From an uncultured cyanobacterium (GTDB taxonomy: Bacteria > Cyanobacteriota > Cyanobacteriia > CAKZMO01), in NCBI GenBank assembly GCA_963719515.1, contig CAVRCJ010000011.1, positions 352,001 through 416,000 of the forward strand: a DNA stretch of 64,000 bases. Direction: 5' to 3'. Each line of letters starts with the position of its first letter. The stretch's first letter is position 1. The notes below the pieces were generated by a model. The model ran no database searches, had not been told where the DNA came from, and worked only from the letters and a program-made list of their open reading frames with translations. Shown here in pieces: positions 32,909 through 41,943 of the stretch. The position numbers were made by a program, and so were the translations under genes.

Positions 32909-32942
32909 AATAAAAAGCACACCGCCAATTCGCAGTGCGCTT
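32909..32942 (-). terminator. Probable rho-independent terminator
   Basis: On the minus strand AAGCGCACTGCG..TGGCGGTGTGCTT followed by a T-run. Confidence 0.6.
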
Positions 32943-33011
32943 AATACCAACTTGACGAAACTTTGCGGTCTAACTGAATACTGACCAATCTAGACTGCTC
33001 AACGCTACCCT

Positions 33012-33413
33012 CTAGTTGCCCAGCAGGCGCTTCAGCACTAGCCGGTCCGTGGGAGCGAGCTGCTGATAAGATTCAGCGGAGCGAGCCCGTTCGATTAATG
33101 CCTTCAGCCTGTCGCTCGCGTGGTTGCGACCGTGCTCAATGGCAGCCTTACGCCGCTCCGTTTTGCCTACGAACTCTTGGGTCAGCTCCAAGCCATTGAA
33201 GATTGCGAGGGAGGCCGACTCAGCACTCAGAATTGCCCGGTCCAAGTCGAAAGGAAGAGCCACCTGACCAATGGAAGCGATTTCAGCAGTCTGCTCGCCC
33301 AAAGCGCCGTTGCCCATCAGGTCGTCGTCAGCGATGACGGGGGCTGCGATCGCGGGGCTAGCGACGGTAAGGGCAATCAGAGCAGCTGCCAGTAGAGCCT
33401 GTAGCCGCTTCAT
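33012..33413 (-). CDS. Secreted hypothetical protein (paralog A)
   Basis: Signal peptide MKRLQALLAAALIALTVASPAIA; C-terminal domain shared with the neighbouring gene. Confidence 0.8.
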   Translation of the reverse strand: MKRLQALLAAALIALTVASPAIAAPVIADDDLMGNGALGEQTAEIASIGQVALPFDLDRAILSAESASLAIFNGLELTQEFVGKTERRKAAIEHGRNHASDRLKALIERARSAESYQQLAPTDRLVLKRLLGN

Positions 33414-33589
33414 CAAAGGAGTAAGGAGAGCCATTAATTTCAACAAATGTTTTTTGTATCGTTATGTATCAATAATATAACAGAAATATTAAGAAATCAA
33501 ACAACTCGTTTACTCGGCGGGCTATTTGCCGGCGTAGAAACATATCGAAGGCGACTCAGCGCCCTCGGAGTGCGCCCTCGGAGTAAGCT

Positions 33590-33991
33590 CTACTCAGACG
33601 CCTGGGACCCAGAGAGTCGTTTTAGGGTCAGCTGGTCAGTATTTGGAAGCTCGTCGAGAGAATCAGCAGCCTCCGCTCGCTTCAGTAGCCCCTGAAGACG
33701 CCCAGTTGCGCGGTCACGGCCATGCTCAATGGCGGCGCTGCGGCCTTCCGTTTTACCTATCTTTTGCTGAGTTTTTTCCAAGCCTTGGTAGATGGCGTCC
33801 GTAGCCTTCTCGAGCGTAGGGGTTGCTTCCTCTAGAGATAAGGATTCGTTAGGAGACGCTTGGGCCAAAGCTACGAGGGCCGTCCCGCCAGCGGTACTTG
33901 GTAATGGCCCATTGGCGGCGATCGCTCCTCCGGCGCTTCCAAGCCATAGCAGCGCCAAGCCGAAAGTCAGGGCTTTAACACTACAGATCAT
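33590..33991 (-). CDS. Secreted hypothetical protein (paralog B)
   Basis: Signal-like MICSVKALTFGLALLWLGSAGGAIA; shares GKTExRxAAIEHGR...TDxLxLKRL with paralog A. Confidence 0.8.
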   Translation of the reverse strand: MICSVKALTFGLALLWLGSAGGAIAANGPLPSTAGGTALVALAQASPNESLSLEEATPTLEKATDAIYQGLEKTQQKIGKTEGRSAAIEHGRDRATGRLQGLLKRAEAADSLDELPNTDQLTLKRLSGSQASE

Positions 33992-34137
33992 CTCTCGCCC
34001 TACCGCTGTTAGGGTAGACAACAGAGTCAAGACACAGCCGCAGGATTCTCGCCACATAGTCAAAGCCGTAAGGATACGCTCCTAGGCTATCGGGAGCGCT
34101 GGGACTGTAACGTCGTTCGAAGGGTAGAGTCTAGCCC

Positions 34138-35217
34138 ATGATGTCCGATTCCGAACTGATGCAGCGCTGCTTGCTGCTGGCTCAGCGAGCCGCCGGGCAG
34201 ACGGCCCCTAATCCTATGGTGGGGGCACTCGTCTTACAAGATGGCGAGATTGTCGGGGAGGGGTTTCACCCCGGTGCAGGCCAGCCCCACGCTGAAGTGT
34301 TTGCCCTCCGAAATGCTGGCGCTAGGACGCAGGGCGCGACAGTCTACGTCAATTTAGAGCCCTGTAATCATCAGGGGCGAACTCCCCCCTGCACGCAGGC
34401 GTTAATCGATGCTGGAGTCGCCCGGGTGGTGGTGGGGATGGCAGATCCCAATCTTGAGGCGAGCGGCGGGGCTGAAAGACTGCGGCAGGCTGGAATCAAC
34501 GTGAGCGTTGGAGTCGAGGAGGCCGCCTGTAGGCGGCTCAACGAGGGGTTCCTGCACCGCATCGCCTCGGGGCGAGCTTTGGGAATCTTGAAATATGCCA
34601 TGACGCTCGACGGCAAAATCGCCGCAACGGGGGGCCACAGCAGCTGGGTGACCGGAGAAGAGGCGCGATCGCGAGTCCATCGGCTGCGGTCTACCTGCGA
34701 CGCGGTGGTAGTGGGCGGCAATACCCTCCGCCACGACAACCCGCGCCTGACGACCCACGGACTGACGGCGCATCAGCCCCGCCGGGTGGTGATCAGCCGC
34801 AGCCTGGACCTGCCCGAAGAGGCCAATCTGTGGAACGTGGCCACGGCCCCCACGCTGGTGTTTACCCAAACGGGGACTCAGCCCAATATCCAAGAGCGGC
34901 TGAGAGCAAAAGGCGTCACGGTGGTCGAACTCAACCCGCCGTCTCCTGCCGCCGTGATGGATTCTCTCACCCAGCAGGGCTGCCTGACGGTGCTCTGGGA
35001 GTGCGGTGGCACCTTAGCCGCGCGGGCGATCGCCGAGGGCGTGATTCAAAAGGTGATGGCCTTTATTGCCCCAAAGATCATTGGCGGACCTACTGCCCCA
35101 ACGCCGGTCGGCAACCTAGGTCTAGAAAAAATGACCGATGCGCTAATCCTAGAGTCAGTCCAGTATCAGCGCATCGGCCACGACTATCTATTAGAAGGCT
35201 ACTTACCCAAGCAGTAG
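34138..35217 (+). CDS. ribD: Riboflavin biosynthesis deaminase/reductase
   Basis: PNPMVG, HAEV, LEPCNHQGRTPPC, TLDGKIA. Confidence 0.97.
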   Translation: MMSDSELMQRCLLLAQRAAGQTAPNPMVGALVLQDGEIVGEGFHPGAGQPHAEVFALRNAGARTQGATVYVNLEPCNHQGRTPPCTQALIDAGVARVVVGMADPNLEASGGAERLRQAGINVSVGVEEAACRRLNEGFLHRIASGRALGILKYAMTLDGKIAATGGHSSWVTGEEARSRVHRLRSTCDAVVVGGNTLRHDNPRLTTHGLTAHQPRRVVISRSLDLPEEANLWNVATAPTLVFTQTGTQPNIQERLRAKGVTVVELNPPSPAAVMDSLTQQGCLTVLWECGGTLAARAIAEGVIQKVMAFIAPKIIGGPTAPTPVGNLGLEKMTDALILESVQYQRIGHDYLLEGYLPKQ

Positions 35218-35332
35218 CAAGCCAAAAACCTTCGTTTATGCCGGAAAGCGGAGGTTCTGAGTAGAGCAAGCGTCGCTTCCCAAACGGGTTTTGTTCAGAC
35301 TGGCTTTGGCTTAGAGCAGTAAAGCGAAAGGT

Positions 35333-35497
35333 CTAGTCACTCTCGACCTCAACCTCAGTCTCTTCCCCTTCAACGACGGGCTCTTCAATACCAGGATCAG
35401 TGTCTACTTCTACCTCGGTTTCTTCAGGCTCGCTGCAAGCGCCGACTAGTAGAGTAGCGCCCAGGACGAACGGCAGTGCCAAATAGCGTAGTTTCAT
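35333..35497 (-). CDS. 54-aa acidic lipoprotein (absent from ORF track)
   Basis: MKLRYLALPFVLGATLLVGAC|SEPEETEVEVDTDPGIEEPVVEGEETEVEVESD; AAGGAG RBS; lipobox. Confidence 0.85.
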   Translation of the reverse strand: MKLRYLALPFVLGATLLVGACSEPEETEVEVDTDPGIEEPVVEGEETEVEVESD

Positions 35498-35660
35498 CTT
35501 ATGTTTCTCCTTGAAAGTATATCAACATGACAAAAATCATGCTTCTAAGCTTTGCAGAGCTGAGGAAATTCTACGTCCTACCCGAGGAATAGTTCTGCAG
35601 AACCTTAATCTTCCCTGAGATTGGTCTAAAAATAGATTGAGAAAACGAGCTTCACGCGGC

Positions 35661-36146
35661 CTACCGATACAGGTGCTTGACGTAGACGCGGTCACACCGC
35701 TGGGTTTCGACACCCGCAGCGAGGGTATACCCACTGCGCTCATAGAGGGCGAGCGCCCTTTGGAGCACCGTCGCCGTCTCCAGCCAAACTTCTGAGAAAC
35801 CTCTTTGCGCCGCCGCGCTCTCCAACGATTGCAGCAGCAGGCGGCCTACCCCTTGGCCTCGGGCCTCAGGCAGCAAAAACATTTTGCGCAGCTCAACGGC
35901 CTGCTCTCCTCGGGAACAAGGGTGATAGCCGCCGCTGCCAACAACTCGGTCGGCCTGCTCGACCACCCAAAATTCTCCCCCCGTTTCCCAGTATGCCGCT
36001 TCAACCTGAACGGCGTCGTGGTCCGCCCCATCAGCCTCAAAGCCAAGATCAAATTCCTTGAGTACCGCTTCGACGAGGGCGGCAACCGGGCGGCGATCGC
36101 TGGGCCGCCAGTCTCGAATCACAAATCCTCGGTACCGCTGCTGCAT
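35661..36146 (-). CDS. GNAT family N-acetyltransferase
   Basis: ELRKMFLLPEARGQGVG, ALALYERSGY. Confidence 0.92.
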   Translation of the reverse strand: MQQRYRGFVIRDWRPSDRRPVAALVEAVLKEFDLGFEADGADHDAVQVEAAYWETGGEFWVVEQADRVVGSGGYHPCSRGEQAVELRKMFLLPEARGQGVGRLLLQSLESAAAQRGFSEVWLETATVLQRALALYERSGYTLAAGVETQRCDRVYVKHLYR

Positions 36147-36185
36147 AACGCCTAGCCTAGTCGCATCGCAATCTCGGCCAAGTCT

Positions 36186-36800
36186 CTACCAGCCCACCGT
36201 AGAAAAGAAAGGCCGAGACTCTCTAGCCACCTGCTGCTGCTGGTCAGAGAGATCAAGCGCAGTCTTACCGTCTTCTTGGTTCAAAAGGCGAGACTCCGCG
36301 CAAAACGAAGCGGTGCTAAATCCACCGAAGCGCGTAACGGTGCTGGTGCGAAACCGCATGTCAGGGCCGACAAAGCGGAACCGCTCGACAGAACTCATGG
36401 TTTCGTAATCCGTGGTCAGAATCATATTGTCTTGGTCATCGACCTCATAGCGCCCTACAACCGGCACGATCTCTGCATAGCCGCGCTCTCGCAGGAGTCT
36501 GCCCTGTTGGGGGTTGCCCTCGTCGGGCACCAGCGCAAATACAGTAGTTCCCTGATGGTTTTCACCTTCCTTGTCCCACGCCATGGATCCCTCCCAGGCG
36601 ACGTAAGCCCCTCCAATCGCTAGCGTTGGGTCTACGTCATGGAGCTGGCAGATCTCAACTACTTTGGGGTGATCGGAGGGGTAGGTCTCAACTTGAATTT
36701 CCGAATCGCCAGTTTCTGAGCGCCGGAACGGTAGATGGTGAGTCGTTCGCTGCGATCGCCACCGCCCTTCACTCAGGCGGAAAAAATCCATTACGTCCAT
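36186..36800 (-). CDS. cpcS: Phycobiliprotein lyase CpcS/CpeS type
   Basis: FFRLSEGRWRSQRTTHH, LLRERGYAE, ERF, SFCAESR. Confidence 0.9.
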   Translation of the reverse strand: MDVMDFFRLSEGRWRSQRTTHHLPFRRSETGDSEIQVETYPSDHPKVVEICQLHDVDPTLAIGGAYVAWEGSMAWDKEGENHQGTTVFALVPDEGNPQQGRLLRERGYAEIVPVVGRYEVDDQDNMILTTDYETMSSVERFRFVGPDMRFRTSTVTRFGGFSTASFCAESRLLNQEDGKTALDLSDQQQQVARESRPFFSTVGW

Positions 36801-36952
36801 AGTGCCTTAGAAATACGTTGATGTGATGAACAGATACCAAACGGGAGCGGCTTGCCTACAACGTCCTGGGCTCAGGGTAGAACCAGTACGCGCTATAGAC
36901 CCGCCGCTCCCGCGTCAGAAAGCTTAGGCTTGGGAAGACAAACCCAAATCAG

Positions 36953-37696
36953 CTAGGACTTCTTCCGGTAGGGAACCTTCGCCATGTAGTCCAGATTAGA
37001 CGCCGCGACGCGAGGGGTCGTATCGTTTTGAGCCTTGAGGCTACGGGCCATATCTAGATACAGCGAGGGAGCGCCAGCTTTTGCTTGCTTCTCTTGAGGC
37101 GTAAACCGGCGTACCTGGTTTTGCCAAACGATCTGAGGGAAGCCTAGAATGCCTCTATAGTACTCATCGTAGCGAGGAGACTTGATGTTAAAAGGACGCT
37201 CGCCTTCGGTGCGACCCGGGAGAATCCGGCGGCGCTGGTACGGCACGATGTTGTAGCCGAAGTTTTCCATGTATTCATCGGACTGCAGCAGGGCATCTAC
37301 GAAACCCTGTAGACCCTTGGTGCCGATGACGATAGACCAGGCAATTTTCTCCCGCTCGTTGTAAGGATCGCGGCCCAGAGCGCGCTGGATGCACTGCTCT
37401 ACAAAGCGATAGTTGTTGTTCTTCTCATAAAAGCTGTTTCTGAATGTCTCAGAGAGCATTAGACCTCGGATGAAGTCTCGCACGGTAATCTGACCGTTAC
37501 GCAGCTGGGACTCCAGAATTTTCTCCCGGTCCCACTTGAACGCGTAGAAAAAGAATTGACGGTAAGCAGAGTTAATCAGAGCGTCGATGTCAGATTCTGG
37601 TCGAACGCCCATGGGCTGCTCGTCACCAGGAACCTCGTATCCTTCGACACGCTGGTTTTGACTGCTTGGAGAGTAGCTCAGCAAAGGAAGCGCCAC
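36953..37696 (-). CDS. cpcG: Phycobilisome rod-core linker CpcG
   Basis: [40 protein letters not shown]; no hydrophobic tail, so not CpcL. Confidence 0.95.
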   Translation of the reverse strand: MALPLLSYSPSSQNQRVEGYEVPGDEQPMGVRPESDIDALINSAYRQFFFYAFKWDREKILESQLRNGQITVRDFIRGLMLSETFRNSFYEKNNNYRFVEQCIQRALGRDPYNEREKIAWSIVIGTKGLQGFVDALLQSDEYMENFGYNIVPYQRRRILPGRTEGERPFNIKSPRYDEYYRGILGFPQIVWQNQVRRFTPQEKQAKAGAPSLYLDMARSLKAQNDTTPRVAASNLDYMAKVPYRKKS

Positions 37697-37934
37697 TTTA
37701 AAACCTCCGAAATTTTACGAAATCTTACGAAATTTAATCTTAATGATAGAGGAGTCTCGGAACCTAAAAGATCTGAATCTGATAAATTCACATAGAGCTT
37801 AACAATCAGTCACAAGTATTAATGAGACCCCTGCTGTTGCAGGCGGAACACCGCGGACGGAACGCCGCCGACAGAATATCGCGCACATTGGAAATGCCGC
37901 AGATACGTCAACACCGTAACTGTAGCAGGCTGAG

Positions 37935-38705
37935 CTACCGCGGTAAGTTTATTTTTGGGACGACATCCCGCGCCCGGACAACGTTGCCAATGATAGCGAT
38001 CGCCGGCGCTGAGAACTCGGTTTCAGCCACCTGAGCCACGATGGTCTTCAGAGTTCCCACTAGCTCTTCCTGCTCGGGGCGCGTTCCCCAACGAATGAGG
38101 GCAATGGGGGTGTCCGGGGGGCGAACGCTCTGGATCTGCGCTGCGATGTAGGCTAGGTTATGAATACCCATATAGATGACGACGGTCTCTGCGCCCTGGG
38201 CGATCGCCTGCCAGTCCACCTTAGGGCGATATTTCCCTGCCGCCTCGTGCCCAGTGACAAACGCCACCGATGAGCTATAGCGGCGGTGGGTGACAGGGAT
38301 ACCCGCGTAAGCTGGGGCGGCAATCCCCGCCGTGATACCGGGCACCACTTCAACCGAAATGCCCGCCGCCACAAGGTCTTCCATCTCTTCCCCACCGCGC
38401 CCAAAGACAAAAGGATCACCCCCTTTAAGCCGCACGACGATGGCGTGGTCCTGAGCCTTTTGAATCAGCAGCTGTGTGGTGTCAGTTTGCTGCAGCGAGT
38501 GGCGTCCCCGACGCTTTCCGGCATCGATACGTTCCGCCGCAGGATTAGCCATGGCCAGAATAGCGGGGCTAACTAAGGCGTCATAGACGACGACATCCGC
38601 ATGCTCGAGCAGAGCTTTACCTTTGAGCGTAAACAATCCTGGGTCTCCTGGCCCTGCACCGACGAGGTAGACTTTACCGACTGGGTTACCTGTTGAGGAT
38701 TGCAT
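37935..38705 (-). CDS. cobA: Uroporphyrinogen-III C-methyltransferase
   Basis: LVGAGPGDPGL, RLKGGDPFVFGRGGEE, VPGITA, IPVTHR. Confidence 0.95.
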   Translation of the reverse strand: MQSSTGNPVGKVYLVGAGPGDPGLFTLKGKALLEHADVVVYDALVSPAILAMANPAAERIDAGKRRGRHSLQQTDTTQLLIQKAQDHAIVVRLKGGDPFVFGRGGEEMEDLVAAGISVEVVPGITAGIAAPAYAGIPVTHRRYSSSVAFVTGHEAAGKYRPKVDWQAIAQGAETVVIYMGIHNLAYIAAQIQSVRPPDTPIALIRWGTRPEQEELVGTLKTIVAQVAETEFSAPAIAIIGNVVRARDVVPKINLPR

Positions 38706-38839
38706 GGAAAAGTTATGAGTGGGTTGTAACTTGCGAAGTGGATCAGCCTTCGTTCGGTCCCCTATCCCCGGCGCAAAAAGACCGGACTCAGGGTCCTCTA
38801 GAGTTAAAGGGCGAATACAGAGCACTATCAAAGGCTGGA

Positions 38840-39586
38840 CTAAAGGCTCACAAACTCAGCAATAAGTCCCTCAAACCCAGCACTCTCACTCAAAGTCGGA
38901 GTTGTGCAAATTTCTAGATTAGCGAAGACTTCTCGCAGCTGCTGGACCTGCTGCGCGATCGCTTCTGTAATCCCCCCTGGGAACAAAAAGTACGGCAAAA
39001 CCGTGATACGGCGCTGTCCAGCCCGAACGAAATCGGCAACTTGATCCTTAAGCTGCGGCAGGGTAGACCAGTAGGCCAAGCTTGCACCCAATTGATCTGC
39101 GATCGCGATTGCGTCCTGCATACTTCCGGGGCGGCGACTGCCATGGGATAGGATAATTCGGGCAGCGGGCGCTGCAGGCTGGGCCGCTTCGCGGGTTTGA
39201 AAAAGCTGCTCTAGAGTCGCTCTCATCAGCGGCGATCGCCCCAGATGGGGGGTAAGCTGCACCGTTACTGCCGCAGGGAGTCGGCTCTGGGCCAGCGCCA
39301 CCTCCTGAGGGACGTCCTCGATCACATGCACCCCCGCCAGTAAAAACAAGGGCACCACATGCAGACGCATCGGGACTTGAGGAAGGTGGCTAATCTGCAA
39401 AATTTGCTCATGAAGCGGGCGATCGGCGCATTCTAAAGCCGCCGTTTCAATTAGGGGTGGGGACGCGCCGCGAGCTGACAGCCGCTGGGTGAGCCCATGG
39501 GCAAGCTGCGCTACGGCTTGGGCGGGCCGCGGATCGCGGCTGCCGTGGATGACCAGCAGGAAAACGTCGCGGGGAGGCACAGTCAT
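38840..39586 (-). CDS. cbiX: Sirohydrochlorin chelatase (CbiX/SirB, two-domain)
   Basis: HGSRDPR, PLFLLAGVHV, second HGSR, PYFLFPG. Confidence 0.88.
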   Translation of the reverse strand: MTVPPRDVFLLVIHGSRDPRPAQAVAQLAHGLTQRLSARGASPPLIETAALECADRPLHEQILQISHLPQVPMRLHVVPLFLLAGVHVIEDVPQEVALAQSRLPAAVTVQLTPHLGRSPLMRATLEQLFQTREAAQPAAPAARIILSHGSRRPGSMQDAIAIADQLGASLAYWSTLPQLKDQVADFVRAGQRRITVLPYFLFPGGITEAIAQQVQQLREVFANLEICTTPTLSESAGFEGLIAEFVSL

Positions 39587-39714
39587 AGGCGAAACAAGCA
39601 GATTAGAGGATTGGGGCTATATCTAGGGTAGCGAAATCCAGGGTAGCGAACGCAGCCCCTTGTCGGTCCAATGGGACACTGCGGAAAAACTTCCGGTGAG
39701 CGCGATTTGCGGCG

Positions 39715-40203
39715 TTAGGCTCTCACATAAAGCGACAGCTCGTTCCATAAGGCCGGAAACTGAGTCCGAATGGGGTCTGCTTTGGCGATCGCCATATCTC
39801 GGTAGTCAAACCCGGGGGCGACGGCCTCACCCAAGAGGCCATAGTCTCCCGATTCTAGGACGGCGGCTTTCCAGTAGCCTCCGGGGACCAGCAGCTGAGG
39901 CACCTCGCCCTGGGCGATGTCCAAGCCAAGCTTGATTTTGCGCAGGGTACCCTCGGGGCTAACCAGGATATAGGTGACGGGCGATCCGGCATGAAAGTAG
40001 TGCATGATGTCGGAGCGGTTTTGGTGCAGATGGTCGATGGGGCGATCGTCGGTGAGCAGGTAGTAGATGGAGGTCATCACCGCCCGGGTCGCTCCCTCTC
40101 GCGCTGTTGTCAGTTCGTCCGTAGCGCGGTAGGTCTCTGAAAAGTAGCCGCCTTCGACATGTTCAACGAGCGATAATGCGTCAATCCAGCGCTGTTTATC
40201 CAT
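39715..40203 (-). CDS. Cupin, DUF985 (Cupin_5) family
   Basis: HVEGGYFSET, TSIYYLL, EAVAPGFDYRD. Confidence 0.92.
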   Translation of the reverse strand: MDKQRWIDALSLVEHVEGGYFSETYRATDELTTAREGATRAVMTSIYYLLTDDRPIDHLHQNRSDIMHYFHAGSPVTYILVSPEGTLRKIKLGLDIAQGEVPQLLVPGGYWKAAVLESGDYGLLGEAVAPGFDYRDMAIAKADPIRTQFPALWNELSLYVRA

Positions 40204-40634
40204 AGATTCAACTCAAGCTATTTTGAAGTCCTACTTGAGTACAGTAGACTCAATCGAAGAGTAGCCTGTGACCGCAACGGCTCGCAAGACGGCCAGTGAA
40301 ATAGTAAAGGAGAGAGGGATGGGATTTATAGAACGGGCGACAACAGCTGCACTGGGCATTGCCCTTGCCGCTGCCGGCAGCCTTGGCGTTAGCAGCACTG
40401 CCTCAGCCCAAAACCAGGATTTCAGCCAGGTCGAAATTGAGACGGTTCCGGTGGCGGAAGACATCTATATGCTGCTGGGAGAAGGGGGGAATATTGGCGT
40501 GCTGGTGGGAGAAGACGGCGTCTTTTTAACTATTAGACAGGAAGTCCCGCGCTGTATGCGCAGCATCAGCGTCGGGATGAAAGGCGCGTGAGCCGTAGGC
40601 GAACAATTAAGGGGTAGTGCGTCACCCCTTAAAA

Positions 40635-40643
40635 TGCTATAAT
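40635..40643 (+). promoter_or_regulatory. Extended -10 promoter TGCTATAAT for tnpB
   Basis: TGn-TATAAT ends 6 nt before the GTG at 40650. Confidence 0.6.
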
Positions 40644-40649
40644 CGAGGT

Positions 40650-41906
40650 GTGTTGACCTTGAACTACTCCTACCGAATTTATCCGTCTCTTGAGCAGGAA
40701 GCCCGCATGGTCTGTTGGCTTAAGATTTGTCGTGGCGTCTACAACTATGCGCTGCGACGAACGAAAGGACTGGATAAAGTCGAGAGGCTGTGCGGCTAAT
40801 GCCTGCTCGCTTCAGTCGGAGTACATCATGGCGGCAGATGCGCCATATCCTGACTACTACAAGCAGCAAAATGCGCTGACTGCGGCTAAGAAGGTTTTTC
40901 CTCACATGAAAGACGTGCAGTCTCAGGTGCTTCAAGAGCCTATTCGCAGGGTAGAGGCAGCATTTGCTGCGAGGAAGGAGAGAGGTCACGGTTTCCCCCG
41001 CTTCAAAAAGTTTGGGCAGTACCGCTCGTTCCTCTTTCCGCAGTTCAAGGAAAACCCGGTGATGGGTAGCCAAATCAAGTTGCCTAAGCTGGGCTCTATG
41101 CGCATCGTTCTGCACCGCCCTATCCTTGATGGGTTTGTGGTAAAGACGGTACGCATCATCAAAAAGCATTCGGGGTGGTACACTACCCGATGCATTAAAG
41201 CCGATGTCAATGTGCCTGAGGCTGTTCCCGTGGGCAGAGTATCGGCATTGACGTCGGGCTCGAGTACTTCCTGTCCACTTCCAACGGCTTGCAGGTAGAG
41301 CGCCCGCGCTTTTTCGGTAAGCTGCACCGCAAGCTTAAATTGCTGCAACGCAGACTGAAGAATAAGCAGCGGGGCTCGAATAACTGCGCCAAGCTGATTG
41401 GAAGAATTGGACGGGTACATGAGCAGATAGCAGCATGTCGCCTTGACTGGCAGTTCAAGCTGGCCCACAAGCTTTGTGACCAGGCCCAGATCATCTTCGT
41501 GGAAGACCTTGACTTTCGCATCATGGCGAAAGGGATGCTGGGTAAACACACACTCGATGCTGGTCTGGGGCAATTCGTGAACCAGGTCTTGCCGTGGGTG
41601 TGCTTCAAGCGCGGTGTCTATTACGAAAAGGTTGACGCCTACGGCACCTCTCAGGAATGTCCTGATTGCGGCGCTGCGGTCAAAAAGTCCATAGGCGATC
41701 GCGTTCATCGGTGTCACGAGTGTGGGTCGCTCAAACCGAGGGATATCGCCGCTGCTCAAGTCATCAACGCCCGTGGAATTTCGGGTATTCAAATTGCCTG
41801 TGGAGCCGAGGTAGCGGGGATGTGGGAAGCCATATCTAGCCAACTGGCTGCGAAGCAGGAAGCTCATCGGGTGACCGATGAAGCCCGCGCTCTATCCGTA
41901 GGATGA
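40650..41906 (+). pseudogene. tnpB: RNA-guided endonuclease TnpB with two frameshifts
   Basis: YRIYP..YNYALR HTH; GFPRFKK; GIDVG (RuvC I), VEDL (RuvC II), CPDC..CHEC zinc finger, RDIAAA (RuvC III); +1 indel near 40758, -1 indel near 41238. Confidence 0.93.
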
Positions 41907-41943
41907 GTGTCGGGAGTATTCACTAGACGATCAGTTTGCGCCG
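41796..41943 (+). ncRNA. Predicted TnpB omegaRNA (right-end scaffold plus flanking guide)
   Basis: Known architecture of IS200/IS605 right ends; GCCTG...CAGGAAGC segments and terminal hairpin; guide would begin at 41924; 5' boundary approximate. Confidence 0.6.

Larger units (their letters stand above)
40530..41923 (+). mobile_element. IS200/IS605-family, IS1341-type (tnpB only) insertion sequence, 1394 bp
   Basis: Inserted after TTTAA, ends in TTCAC, no TSD needed; related subterminal hairpins at 40546-40576 and 41884-41914; no tnpA. Confidence 0.92.

Noticed and set aside
40650..41906. Cas12 effector or nuclease-dead TldR repressor
   Set aside because: No CRISPR array, transposon ends are present, all three RuvC acidic residues are intact, and the guide matches only the donor junction as far as I can see
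40530..41923. IStron (group I intron-IS hybrid) rescuing the host gene by splicing
   Set aside because: Only about 120 nt lie between the left end and tnpB, too short for a group I core, and the element ends in C, not a terminal G
40529..41925. ACTA at both junctions as a target-site duplication
   Set aside because: Collapsing ACTA to one copy does not restore the reading frame, whereas the TTTAA|TAGAC join gives VFLIDD; this family makes no TSD
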